Of a stretch of DNA of 64,000 nucleotides, positions 49,046-58,955 are shown one piece after another. Numbering within the stretch: the first letter of the stretch is position 1; each line of letters begins with the position of its first letter. The translations under genes were made by a program, and so were the position numbers. The stretch is from Alphaproteobacteria bacterium (lineage in GTDB: Bacteria > Pseudomonadota > Alphaproteobacteria > UBA828), in NCBI GenBank assembly GCA_965237415.1, contig CBDEFM010000002.1:3072001-3136000 (forward strand), written 5' to 3'. The notes beneath the pieces are model-generated. The model ran no database searches. It saw only the letters and a list, made by a program, of their open reading frames with translations, and was not told the DNA's origin.

Positions 49046-50247
49046 GGAAAGTCTGAACAACCCCATGTTCGCGGTTTCGAGGGGGAGAGGCGGCTTGGAT
49101 GTGAAGCTCGACGATATTGCCGACAGGCCGGGGGCTGCTTTGGTCACGGGATACGGAGCGAACGGGCGATATCCGCGTCGATCCGCCTCCTTCCCCGCCG
49201 TCCCGCCAGCGGCGGGCAGACTACTCCCCTGTCATCCCGTCGCGTAGCGGCCGGCGATCAGCAGATTCGAGAACCCCAGCAGCAACGCGATGCGCTGCCT
49301 GTTCTTTGCCACGCCCCGGTAGCGCACCTTGGCGTAGCCGAAGTGCCGCTTCACGTACAGGAACGGATGCTCAACCTTCGCCCGCACCGACGCCTTGCGC
49401 TTCTCGGCCGCCTCTTCGGCGACGCCCTCGCCCAGCAGCCGGCGCCGCCCCGGCTTCATCGCCACACGCCACTCGACACCGCCGTCCCGGTGCTCGGGAC
49501 GCTTCTCCACTCCCTGGTAGCCTGCGTCGCCCCACGCCGTCGTCTCAGCGCCATGCAGCAGCGCTCCCGCCTGCGTCACGTCGCTTGCGTTGGCCGCCGT
49601 CGTCGTCAAGCTGTGCGCCAGACCCGACCCGGCGTCCACCCCGATGTGCGCCTTCATCCCGAAATACCACTGCTTGCCCTTCTTCGTCTGATGCATCTCA
49701 GGGTCCCGTGCGCGGCGCCGGTTCTTCGTCGACGACGGCGCGTCGATGATGCTCGCGTCAACGATCGTCCCCGTGCGCAGCCGATGGCCGCGCGACGCCA
49801 GGTGCGCATTGATCTCCTCGAACAGACCCTCGCCCAGGCCGTGCTTCTCCAACAGATGCCGGAAGTTCAGGATGGTGGTCTCGTCGGGCAGCGCCTCCGT
49901 CAACCGCAGCCCCACGAAACGCCTCACCGACTCCACCTCGTAGAGAAGGTCCTCCATCCCCGGGTCGCTCAGGTTGTAGAACAACTGCACGCAGTGAACA
50001 CGCAGCATCACCGAAAGCGGGTACGGGCGCCGACCGCGCCCCGCCTTCGCATAGAACGGCTCGATCCGTCGCTCCAGCCGCTCCCAGGGAACCAGCTTGT
50101 CCATCTTCTCAAGGAACAACTCACGCCGCGTCCGGCGCTTCTTCAAGTCGTGCTCCAGTTCCGCAAAGCTTGCCTGTGCCATGGCTCGATCATCCAATCC
50201 GCGACTCCTGCGCAAATTATGGCACACGCAACTTGATCAGACCTTCC
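49046..50247 (-). mobile_element. IS5-family element
   Basis: IRs GGAAAGTCTGAACAA / TTGATCAGACCTTCC; CAAG duplication at 49042-49045 and 50248-50251. Confidence 0.92.
49232..50182 (-). CDS. IS5-family transposase
   Basis: PDETTILNFRHLLE, IVDASII, WYFGMKAHIGVD, GDAGYQG, RAKVEHPF. Confidence 0.95.
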   Translation of the reverse strand: MAQASFAELEHDLKKRRTRRELFLEKMDKLVPWERLERRIEPFYAKAGRGRRPYPLSVMLRVHCVQLFYNLSDPGMEDLLYEVESVRRFVGLRLTEALPDETTILNFRHLLEKHGLGEGLFEEINAHLASRGHRLRTGTIVDASIIDAPSSTKNRRRARDPEMHQTKKGKQWYFGMKAHIGVDAGSGLAHSLTTTAANASDVTQAGALLHGAETTAWGDAGYQGVEKRPEHRDGGVEWRVAMKPGRRRLLGEGVAEEAAEKRKASVRAKVEHPFLYVKRHFGYAKVRYRGVAKNRQRIALLLGFSNLLIAGRYATG

Positions 50248-51330
50248 CAAGGTCTACGTCGTCCAAAGCCGGGCGGGTGGCGGGCCACGCCGCGTCACGC
50301 TCGGCACCCACGGCGAGATCACCGCAACCCAGGCACGCAAACGCGCAGCCCAGGTCATCGACCGCATCAAGCGGGGCGAGGAACCCGCAGCACTCCTGCC
50401 CCAGGCCGGCACCACCGTCGCCGACCTCGCCGAGCGCTACATGAGCGCCCACGTCGCACAGAACTGCAATGCGCACACCGCCGGCATCTACCGGGGCTCG
50501 CTGGAGAACCACATCCTGCCGGCGCTCGGCATGATGCCGCTTGGCCTGGTCGAGCGCGCCCACGTCTCGGCGCTCCACTACCGCCTGCGCGAGACGCCCC
50601 GCGCCGCCAACCGGGCACTGGCGGTCCTCTCCAAGATGTTCTCCCTCGCCGCCGCCTGGGGCCTCGTGCCGGACGGCACCAACCCCTGCCGCGCCGTCCG
50701 CAAATACAAGGAGAGAAAGCGCGAGCGCTTCCTCTCCCGCGAGGAGTACCGCCGCTTAGGCCAGGCCCTGGCTGAAGCGGAGGCCGAGGCGGGGGCGGAT
50801 GTGGAGGGCGCGGTCTCCCCCTACGCCATCGCCGCGCTCCGCCTCCTCATGCTCACCGGCTGCCGCCTGAACGAGATCCTTACGCTGCGCTGGGACGATG
50901 TGGACCGCACCGCAGGCGAGTTCCGGCTGCGCGACGGCAAGACGGGCACCCGCATGGTCCCCCTCACACCCACGGCGGAGGCGGTGCTGGCAGGCATCCG
51001 CCGCACGCCCACAAACCCCTGGGTCATCGTCGGCAAGCAGCCCGGCGCCCACCTCCCCACCATCACCGCCGAGTGGTATCGGCTCCGCGCCCGCGCAGGG
51101 CTCGACGACGTGCGCATCCACGATCTCCGCCACTCATACGCGAGCCGTGCGCTCGCCGCCGGCGAGAGCCTCTCCATGATCGGCAAGCTGCTCGGCCATG
51201 CCGACATCCAGAGCACCGCCCGCTACGCCCACCTCGCGCGCGAGACCGAGAGGGTGTCCGCCGCCAGGGTCGGCGCCAGCATCGGCGCCGACATCGCGTC
51301 GGCGGCCGGGGCCGGGAAGGACGGCGCGTC

Positions 51331-51819
51331 GTGAACTATTCGGCGAGCCAGCCGGCGCGAGGCTCAATTACAGAGTGCGTCGTCGACGCCCTCCCGGCGG
51401 GCCGGGACACGGTGATCTGGGACCGCGCGCTCACCGGCTTCGGCGTCCGCGTCTATCCCTCCGGCGCCAAGGTCTACGTCGTGCAGACCCGGGGCCCCGC
51501 AGGCACGAAGCGCATCACCGTCGGCCGCCACGGCGTCATCGGCGCCGACGAGGCCCGCCGCCGTGCCGCCCTCATCATCGCCCGCGTGCACGCCGGCGAG
51601 GACCTCGCAGAACGCCCGGCGCAGAAACCCGCAGGCCCCACCCTTGCCGCGCTTGCCGAGCGTTACCTGCGCGAGCATGTCGCGGTGCGCTGCAAGCCCT
51701 CCACCGCAGCCCAGTACCGGCTCGCCATCGAGCGCTATATCGTCCCCGCCCTCGGAGAGCGCGCGGTCTCCGAGATCGGGCGCAGCCATGTCGCCGATCT
51801 GCAGCACGCGCTCCGCGAC
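51331..51819 (+). pseudogene. Tyrosine integrase N-terminal fragment (paralogue of 28123-29382)
   Basis: WDRALTGFGVRVYPSG...RYLREHVAVRCKP; catalytic domain lost. Confidence 0.88.
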
Positions 51820-52159
51820 TGCCGGACAATCCGAATTATTGTTTCGTGCCCGCTTACGACGTCGAGGCCGACGTGCAGCAGATCCGACTCGTCATCGAAG
51901 GTCTCTCCGGCCATATCCCGACCGCGCTGGTTGCGCTGGACCTCGACGATGCTCTCTCCATTTGCGACAAGCTTAACCGCAGACTCGGATACGACCGGGA
52001 TGCCTGGACCGCCATGGCAGCCGCGTCCATGCGCGCCGAAGGCGAGGATCCGGACAGCGGCGCCCGCCACTGACGCGACGCCGGCCGCCTGACCGCGCCG
52101 TCGCGCCGTCGCTCGCGCCGGCCCGGCTGCTGCGCAGCCGGCCTGCCGCCCTCTGCGCT

Positions 52160-52699
52160 CAACCCTTGTGCGCCAACCTTGAACTTCGAGGAGAAGGTCC
52201 GGATTGCCGCATGCCCGGCCGCGGCGCGTCCCTGCACGAAGCTGTTGTAGTCGGCGATGTTCGACGCTCGCGCACCGCGCCCCGTCGAGGTGACGAAAAG
52301 GAGGCGGAACTCGTCGCTGGCGCCCAGCCCCGGGGGCGTGAGCGCCCAGCTGCGCGGCACCTCGACGACGTCCTGGGCCGCGGCGGGCGCCGCCAGCGGT
52401 CCCATCGACAGCAGGGCAAGCGCCGCCGCAACGAAGGAAAGGAGCGCGAGCGGGCGCGCCGCCGGGAAGCAGCGGCGTCCCGCACGCGCAGCCGCCCACC
52501 GGCGAGCGGCAGGCCGGCGGATCGGATGGTGGCGGGAAATCGCGGCGAGCGCCGCCGCGGACGCGGTGCCGGCCGGGGCGGGCGGCAATTCCCGACCGCC
52601 CGCATCCGGCCGCCGCGCTCCGTTTCGTCCGAGCGCGAATTCATCGACAATGCCGACCCCGGGCCGGCAACCGGACACATCCGAACTGCGCATCGTCAC
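52160..52699 (-). pseudogene. N-terminus of a secreted surface protein, truncated (start uncertain)
   Basis: Signal peptide ...LAAPAAA|QD then VPRSWALTPPGLGASDEFRLLFVTS...IADYNSFVQ; coding signal is lost near 52160. Confidence 0.55.
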
Positions 52700-52706
52700 C
52701 CCACGT

Positions 52707-52740
52707 ATTGCGCTCGATAACTGTCACTATCGAGCGCAAT
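52707..52740 (+). other. lox-like recombination site 1
   Basis: ATTGCGCTCGATA-ACTGTCAC-TATCGAGCGCAAT: perfect 13-bp arms and an 8-bp asymmetric spacer. Confidence 0.88.
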
Positions 52741-52777
52741 CCGTGGGCTCGGTTTCGGTCTGTGCGGAGGCGCCCTG

Positions 52778-53761
52778 ATGTATCTCGAACCCCCGTTCGA
52801 TGCTTCGGAGGCCCCGCTACCGGACCGCGGACCCACGCTCCCGGAACTGCTCGGACACTTCGTCCGGGGCGCCGGCGGGGCGTTCAGCGATAACACCGAG
52901 CGGGCTGTCCGCTCGGACCTCGCCATCTATGCCGGGTGGTGCCGGGAGCGGGGGCTGAGGGCGCTGCCGGCGACGCCGGAGACGGTCGCGGGCTTCGTCG
53001 ATGCGATGGCCGAGCGGCGCGCGCCGGCCACGGTGCGCCGCTATGTCGTCAGCATCGCCATCGCCCATCGGGCGGTTGGCCGGGAAGAGACGCCCGGGAG
53101 CCCGCTCGTGCGGCTCGCGCTCAAGCGCATGCACCGGCGCAAGGGGCGCCGGCAGGAGCAGGCGCACGGTCTGACCTGGCCGCTGCGCAACCGCCTGATG
53201 GCCGCGGCCGGCGACCGCCCGATCGACGACCGCAACCGCGCGCTGCTCGCCGTCGCCTACGACACACTGCTCCGCCGCGGCGAGCTGGCCTCCCTGCAAG
53301 TGTGCGATCTGCTTGAGGAAATGGGCGGCCACGCCACCCTGCTCGTGCGGCGGTCCAAGACCGACCCCGAGGGAGAAGGCGAGATCGTCTGGGTCGCGCC
53401 CGACAGCCTGCGCCTGGTCAAGGCATGGCTTGAGCGCAGCGGCGTCTCGGACGGGCCGCTGTTCCGCTCGGTCGGCAAGGGCGGGCGGGTCGGCGGCGGG
53501 TTCCACCCCTGCCAGGTGCCGCGCATCTTCAAGGCGATGGCCCGCGAGGCCGGCCTTCCCAGGGCGGTCGTGGAGGGCCTGTCGGGGCACAGCACGCGGG
53601 TCGGCGCCGCCCAGGACATGATCGCCGCCGACCTCGAACTGCCGGCGATCCAGCAGGCAGGGCGGTGGAAGTCCACCGCCATGGTGAACCGCTACGGCGA
53701 GCGCCTGCTCGCCCGGCGCAGCGGCGCGGCGCAGCTCGCCCGCCTGCAGGGTCGCGAATAG
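52778..53761 (+). CDS. Cre-like tyrosine recombinase
   Basis: SDNTERA...WCRERG...APATVRRY N-domain; LLRRGEL, RSKTD, GHSTRVG, GRWKS, RYG (R-K-HxxR-W-Y, with Trp as in Cre). Confidence 0.92.
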   Translation: MYLEPPFDASEAPLPDRGPTLPELLGHFVRGAGGAFSDNTERAVRSDLAIYAGWCRERGLRALPATPETVAGFVDAMAERRAPATVRRYVVSIAIAHRAVGREETPGSPLVRLALKRMHRRKGRRQEQAHGLTWPLRNRLMAAAGDRPIDDRNRALLAVAYDTLLRRGELASLQVCDLLEEMGGHATLLVRRSKTDPEGEGEIVWVAPDSLRLVKAWLERSGVSDGPLFRSVGKGGRVGGGFHPCQVPRIFKAMAREAGLPRAVVEGLSGHSTRVGAAQDMIAADLELPAIQQAGRWKSTAMVNRYGERLLARRSGAAQLARLQGRE

Positions 53762-54068
53762 AGGGAATATGTAATATCGTTCATGCCAATTCGACATTGC
53801 CCGCCTCCCGGGCAGCGGACCGGGGCGGACTGGGACGGCGGTGGATTCCCGGAGCGCAGGCGCCCGGCGGGTCCGGATTCGAAAACGATTATCGAGCGTA
53901 ATAATGTGCGGCGCCCGTGCGCCCGGCATGCTGCCGCTGCGGTCCGCAGGGGGGCTTGCAAACCACCGGAAGTCAGGCTACATAAACCGATCCGAGGCTC
54001 TTCGGCGGCCGACGGTCGTGCCCGGCAAACGGCACGGGGCGTCGCCGGAGATGCGCGGAATTGTAGGG

Positions 54069-54102
54069 ATTACGCTCGATAGTGACAGTTATCGAGCGCA
54101 AT
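54069..54102 (-). other. lox-like recombination site 2 (inverted relative to site 1)
   Basis: ATTACGCTCGATA-GTGACAGT-TATCGAGCGCAAT; the spacer is the reverse complement of the site 1 spacer. Confidence 0.88.
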
Positions 54103-55462
54103 CCGGGATCTGCAATTCCGGGTCCGCGCCGCCCGCCGAGGGGCGTAACCGTCTGATATTCCACACCTGTTCGACGCCGGGCGAGCCCTTCTGCGGCCGG
54201 CCGGCGCTGTTTGCGCCCGATATTCGGCCTGCGCGCCGCGAGGCGCTGCCGGCGAGCCGGATTCCGGGCCCGGCTCGACCTCGCAACCGGCTGTCCGAAG
54301 AGGCTGCCCCGACCGTGTCGAACGGGCCGCCTGGAGAGCGGCGGAGACGCGGGCGCGGCCGGAGACCGCGTCCATCCCCCGGAAGGCGGAACGCCGCGCA
54401 CGGAGGACCGTGCGCGGCGCTGTCCGATGGTCGCGGGTCCGGTCGTGCAGCCCGTCGCCGGGATCCCGCGGCGGATCGCCCCGCCGCCCGGCCGGGCACG
54501 ATCCCTCCGGGAGGGGCGCGAGCCGGTGCGTCCCGCCGCCCGGGGTTCTTTCGCCTGTCCGGCTGCCGTCGTCTGGTGCACTCATCGCCCGGCTCCACGC
54601 GTCTCCACTGGGGCGCGTCCGAAGAGGATGCGCTACGGAGTCAGGTGGGAACGCGGTCTCTCGCGACCAGACGGATTTTCCAATGGGGCCCATTGGAAAT
54701 GGTTATCGACCCTCCCCGCCCCGGCGCGCACCGCCCGCCGGCGGAACCGGCCCAGACAGGGCACCGGGCCTGCCGCCCCGCGTTCTCCTGGTCCGCTCCC
54801 CGTGACTAGCGACCCGGGACCGAAAAAGAAAATGCCGATCGAAACCAAATCCATTCGCAGGCGGCATGCGGCGGCGACGCTGCAGAACCGCCGGCGCTTG
54901 CGGTTCCGGCCGGTCGCAAGCGCTGCGGTCGCGGGGCCGACGACATTGGGCCGGTGGCCCGCCGGCCCGGCCGGCCCGCCAACTCGGCGGCCCGCCCGGC
55001 GGAATGCTCTGCCCCGCCGTTCGCCGCCAGGGGCGCTGACGGCTGATTGAATTCTGCGGATTCCCCGTGGATTCCCGGCTTGCCGGGACGATACCGCCTC
55101 GCCGCCCGCTGCGACGACCGCCAATGCGGGGTTTCCGCACAACCGCCGCCAAGCCGCGGTCGGCGTTCGCGCCCAGGACGGTCAAGTTGTGGGTCAGTGG
55201 GTTTGCATGGGATCCCACGTATCTGCGGTCGGTTCTCGGCCTCGCGCTCGCAGACAAATCTGTCGGCGATCTACGCCGCGAATTCCTTTGCAGCTCCGTC
55301 GAGTGCGTATCGCGCGCTATCGCTTGAAACTTGCTCTTCATTCGGCGACAAGGGGCGGCCATGGCGGGAACGACCGCGAGACTTCCGCCACCACTCGTAC
55401 GCAACGGATTCCATCACCTCGCACCGTCGTCAGAATAACTCAACTCCACCGTGGATGTTCCT

Positions 55463-56737
55463 ATGCCTCCTTTCGACTGCAATCAGAGCAAACCAAAGCT
55501 CCTTGTAATTCTGGGAGCCGGGAGCTCTATCGATTGTGACATGCCGTCCGTTAGCGACATCAACAAGGAAATGAAACTCTGGAGTTGCAAATACCAGACA
55601 TCACTTCCCGACCAGTACGAGATCAACATATTCCAAGAATTGTGGGAAATGGTGAAATGCTACTATGGAACGAATCATTATGGCATTCGCCCAAATTACG
55701 AAATGGTTCTCGGCGAAATGACTGCGTTCGCCAGTTGGGCGTCGCCCTCTCCATTCGGCAATCCGCTGAATAAAGTTGTGAAGGACAGTTCGCCCACCGC
55801 TCCGTTTACATTGCTGCTAGATTGTTCAGATCCCAATCGCGTTCGCAAGGAAATTGTACGTCAACAAACCTTTCTCCTTGAACGATTGGTCGACTATATG
55901 CGCGAGAAGAGCAAGAACTTAAACATCCAAGCCGACTCGTTCTCCGACTACAGGGAGTTTTTTCGAAGGCTCCAGGATCGGTTCCAGCTCGGCGTCTACA
56001 ACTTGAATTACGATACCATGGCCCACACCGCGTGGCCAGAGTCGTTCAACGGATTCGATTGTTCGGGGCACTTCGATCCGTTACGTGTCAGCCGACGACA
56101 TGAGTGGGGATTCGCTTACCACCTTCATGGCAGCGTACATCATTGCATCGAAGACAAAGTAGTGAAGCCCTGGATCATCTGGAAAGAAGATCTTGATGAA
56201 TCATTTGTGGACTCCGGTATTCCGCCCATCGACATGGCGCAGCAGTTCAGGCCGATACCCTTGACCACATTGATCGCGGGCGGATTCAAGCTCGACCAGC
56301 TCCTTGCCGACCCATACCAGACATTCTACTCCGCCCTCATCAGGCATGCGCAGGAGGCCGATTCGATTTTGATTGCAGGATATGGATTTGGCGATCTGCA
56401 TGTGAACAGGGCAATTCAAAACAGATTTGAACGAAGTTACGATGATCGACGTTCGCCACAGGTCGTCGTTTTAGAAAAATCTCGTCCAGAGCGATTTCAC
56501 ACTGGGCGTCTCGAAATCAGCCAGTTTTGGTCTTATGAACTAAAGCATACGTTGAAGACCACCTTCTCTGACGGCAGCGAATATCCATCCGAGAACAGTT
56601 CCACGGTCGAGGACTTTATCGCCAGGCGGGAGTTCGAAACGGATCGCAAGGACCGGGTCGCCATATGGCACGGGGGCTTCCTAGATGCGCTTTCAGCTGT
56701 CGACAAGATCCTCGAGTGGTTGTCGAGGGGACTGTAG
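55463..56737 (+). CDS. SIR2-like (SIR2_2) domain protein, probable defence NADase
   Basis: VILGAGSS, YNLNYD, YHLHGSV, IAGYGFGDLHVN; lower GC than flanks. Confidence 0.82.
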   Translation: MPPFDCNQSKPKLLVILGAGSSIDCDMPSVSDINKEMKLWSCKYQTSLPDQYEINIFQELWEMVKCYYGTNHYGIRPNYEMVLGEMTAFASWASPSPFGNPLNKVVKDSSPTAPFTLLLDCSDPNRVRKEIVRQQTFLLERLVDYMREKSKNLNIQADSFSDYREFFRRLQDRFQLGVYNLNYDTMAHTAWPESFNGFDCSGHFDPLRVSRRHEWGFAYHLHGSVHHCIEDKVVKPWIIWKEDLDESFVDSGIPPIDMAQQFRPIPLTTLIAGGFKLDQLLADPYQTFYSALIRHAQEADSILIAGYGFGDLHVNRAIQNRFERSYDDRRSPQVVVLEKSRPERFHTGRLEISQFWSYELKHTLKTTFSDGSEYPSENSSTVEDFIARREFETDRKDRVAIWHGGFLDALSAVDKILEWLSRGL

Positions 56738-57107
56738 CGTCGGCCCGCCTTGAATCGGCGCGTCCGATCGATGCAGTCCGGATCCGAGACAGCACGGGGC
56801 GGGTTGCCCGGTCAAGCGCCAAAGATGGCCGGCCGGAGCTACGTTGGGCTTCGAGGCTAAATGGGAAGCGCCTGCTGCCCGTCCGAGGGTGCGAACAGGC
56901 AGATCGTGGGCCTGAAGGATTCCAGGCAAACGGACTAACAGATCGCGTGATCCGGATACCCCGCCGTCCATGGGACCCGGGACGATCTCGTTCCCGCACT
57001 GCCGGACCGGATATCCACCTCCTGGCGCCCCCATGCAGGCCGTGCGGTCCGGCGTCTCCCGCTGAGCGTCGCGACCGTCGGGACCGGCCCAACGACCGGG
57101 ACGCTCA

Positions 57108-58259
57108 CTATTCCCCGCGAAAGCCGTAACGCGGGAATTCCACCGTCCTGACCTCCCTGAAGGGGTTGTTTTCTTTCAGCGCCCTATCAAGCTCTTCTTC
57201 GTATCTCCAGGGATGTTCGATATAGCACCACTCAACTGAGTACCAACCGCCTTCCTCCGGACAGAAGGATGCCCCGACGCATTTCGGAACTTTCAGGTCG
57301 TACTTGCAGGCAAGCGTCAAGTTCATCAGCCCCTGTTTCCTGACTTCGACCACATCTTCGGTCAGAGGTATGAAAACGAATCCGCAATCCGTACGCGGAC
57401 TGGCCATACGGTAAGGCAATGCGAATTCGTCCGATCTGCATTTTTCCATAGACAGGCGGAACCGCGTCTTAAACTCCCTCAACTCGTTTCTCTTCAGTTT
57501 CGCCAGTTCCTTCAGGATGGCGTAGTACTCCGTAGCGTGCCCGTCCGTCGTCACCCGTTCCGCAAACTGCTTGACGATTCCCGACATGTCCCACTCATCG
57601 GCGCGGTGTTCCAACTCCGTCAGGACATCCATGAACGCCGGTTCCGGCCTGCTGTCCGCATCGCCTGTCAGGTATTGTCCGACAAGCGCTGGTTCCGGCA
57701 CCGACGAGACGGCATCGTCCCATTTTTCGATCAACTCCTGACGAAACGCCAGATACTCGGACAGCTCGAACGGCGTCAGGACTGTACGGACGACACCGAG
57801 ATAATCATGCGCCGCAATGACGTGTATCGTTCCGGCAGTACGGCTGAGGTGGAACTTCTTCCTGCGGCAGGCCTCGGGAAGCCGGTCGTTGCCGAGATAA
57901 CATATCACCCTATGCAGGCCCGCAATGGCGTCACTTCTTAGCTTGAATTGGTGACCTCTATGGTTCCGGAGCAGAATGTTTCGGTGAACGTCCAGGTACT
58001 TCATGGAATCTCGAATTTGTTTCGTGCCGACACCGATAACCTTCTTTTCGAACCACCTGGCCTCTCTGTCCGGTGATGTTTTGCCGATCTTCTCGCGTTC
58101 CTTCAGTTGAAAGAGGACGAGCATATCGTCAAGCCAAATGATGCTGTCGGCCAGCTCCAGCTCGGTCGACGGGCTCGGACGAAAGGTGTTCGTCGAGTAG
58201 GTGAATTCCTCGAAAAAGAAGTGCTCGTTGAGACTTGCTATGTCGCCCTCGAACGTCAT
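57108..58259 (-). CDS. Hypothetical protein with NERD/PD-(D/E)XK-like N-terminus
   Basis: ELADSIIWLDDMLVLFQLKER...KQI; lower GC than flanks. Confidence 0.7.
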   Translation of the reverse strand: MTFEGDIASLNEHFFFEEFTYSTNTFRPSPSTELELADSIIWLDDMLVLFQLKEREKIGKTSPDREARWFEKKVIGVGTKQIRDSMKYLDVHRNILLRNHRGHQFKLRSDAIAGLHRVICYLGNDRLPEACRRKKFHLSRTAGTIHVIAAHDYLGVVRTVLTPFELSEYLAFRQELIEKWDDAVSSVPEPALVGQYLTGDADSRPEPAFMDVLTELEHRADEWDMSGIVKQFAERVTTDGHATEYYAILKELAKLKRNELREFKTRFRLSMEKCRSDEFALPYRMASPRTDCGFVFIPLTEDVVEVRKQGLMNLTLACKYDLKVPKCVGASFCPEEGGWYSVEWCYIEHPWRYEEELDRALKENNPFREVRTVEFPRYGFRGE

Positions 58260-58394
58260 CTCGTTGCGTCCCGTTTCGTCCCGAGCATGGCCGGTTCCAC
58301 GTCCCGGCAATGATCCCCGCCGAACCGCCCCGGGTTTCCCGCAGGCATTCCGGTTGGGGTCATGCGTTCATAGTGAAGTTTTGGCCGGCTGCAC

Positions 58395-58690
58395 AGCGAT
58401 TTGCCATCGACCGCGCGGCGCGCCGGGTGACCGCCGCAGAGCGGGCGATGCGGCTCACCGCCATCGAGTACAGACTCCTGCACACGCTCTCGCTCGACGC
58501 CGGCTGAGCGTCGGCCTCCGAGACCCTCCGGCGCCGGGTGTGGAGCGAACGGGGCGGCGCCGACCCGCAGACCGTGCGCAACGCCGTCCGCAAGCTCCGC
58601 CGCAAGATCGGCGACGACGCCGGGAACCCGAAATACATCCTCGGCGAGCGCGGCCTCGATTGCCGCATGCCCGGCCCGGAGGACGCGTGA
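58395..58690 (+). pseudogene. OmpR-type winged-helix response-regulator fragment
   Basis: RLTAIEYRLL...*...LRRRVW...VRKLRRKIGDDAGNPKYI...RG with an internal stop. Confidence 0.75.
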
Positions 58691-58955
58691 GGCCGGAAGC
58701 GGGAGGGACCGCCGCGGCGTCCCCGCACCAGCGCCGGCGCACGGTGGCGCCCTCCACGGCGTCAGGTCCTGGACTTCCGACGACAACCACGCGATTTCGC
58801 GCGCTTGGGCGACCGGCGCCCCCGCGACGTGGATGCCCGGCCGGAGATCCTTCGGGATCCACGGCCAACCGGAAAACGCCTGCTGTCCGTCCGAGGGTAC
58901 GAACAGGCGGATCTTGCGGGTTTGCGGCGGGCCGAACGAACCGTAGGCTGTCCGA

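Larger units (their letters stand above)
48914..51334 (+). pseudogene. Tyrosine integrase (paralogue of 29379-30560) interrupted by IS5
   Basis: Removing the IS restores ...YPSGRK|VYVVQ...; catalytic motifs in 50441-51334 are intact. Confidence 0.92.
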
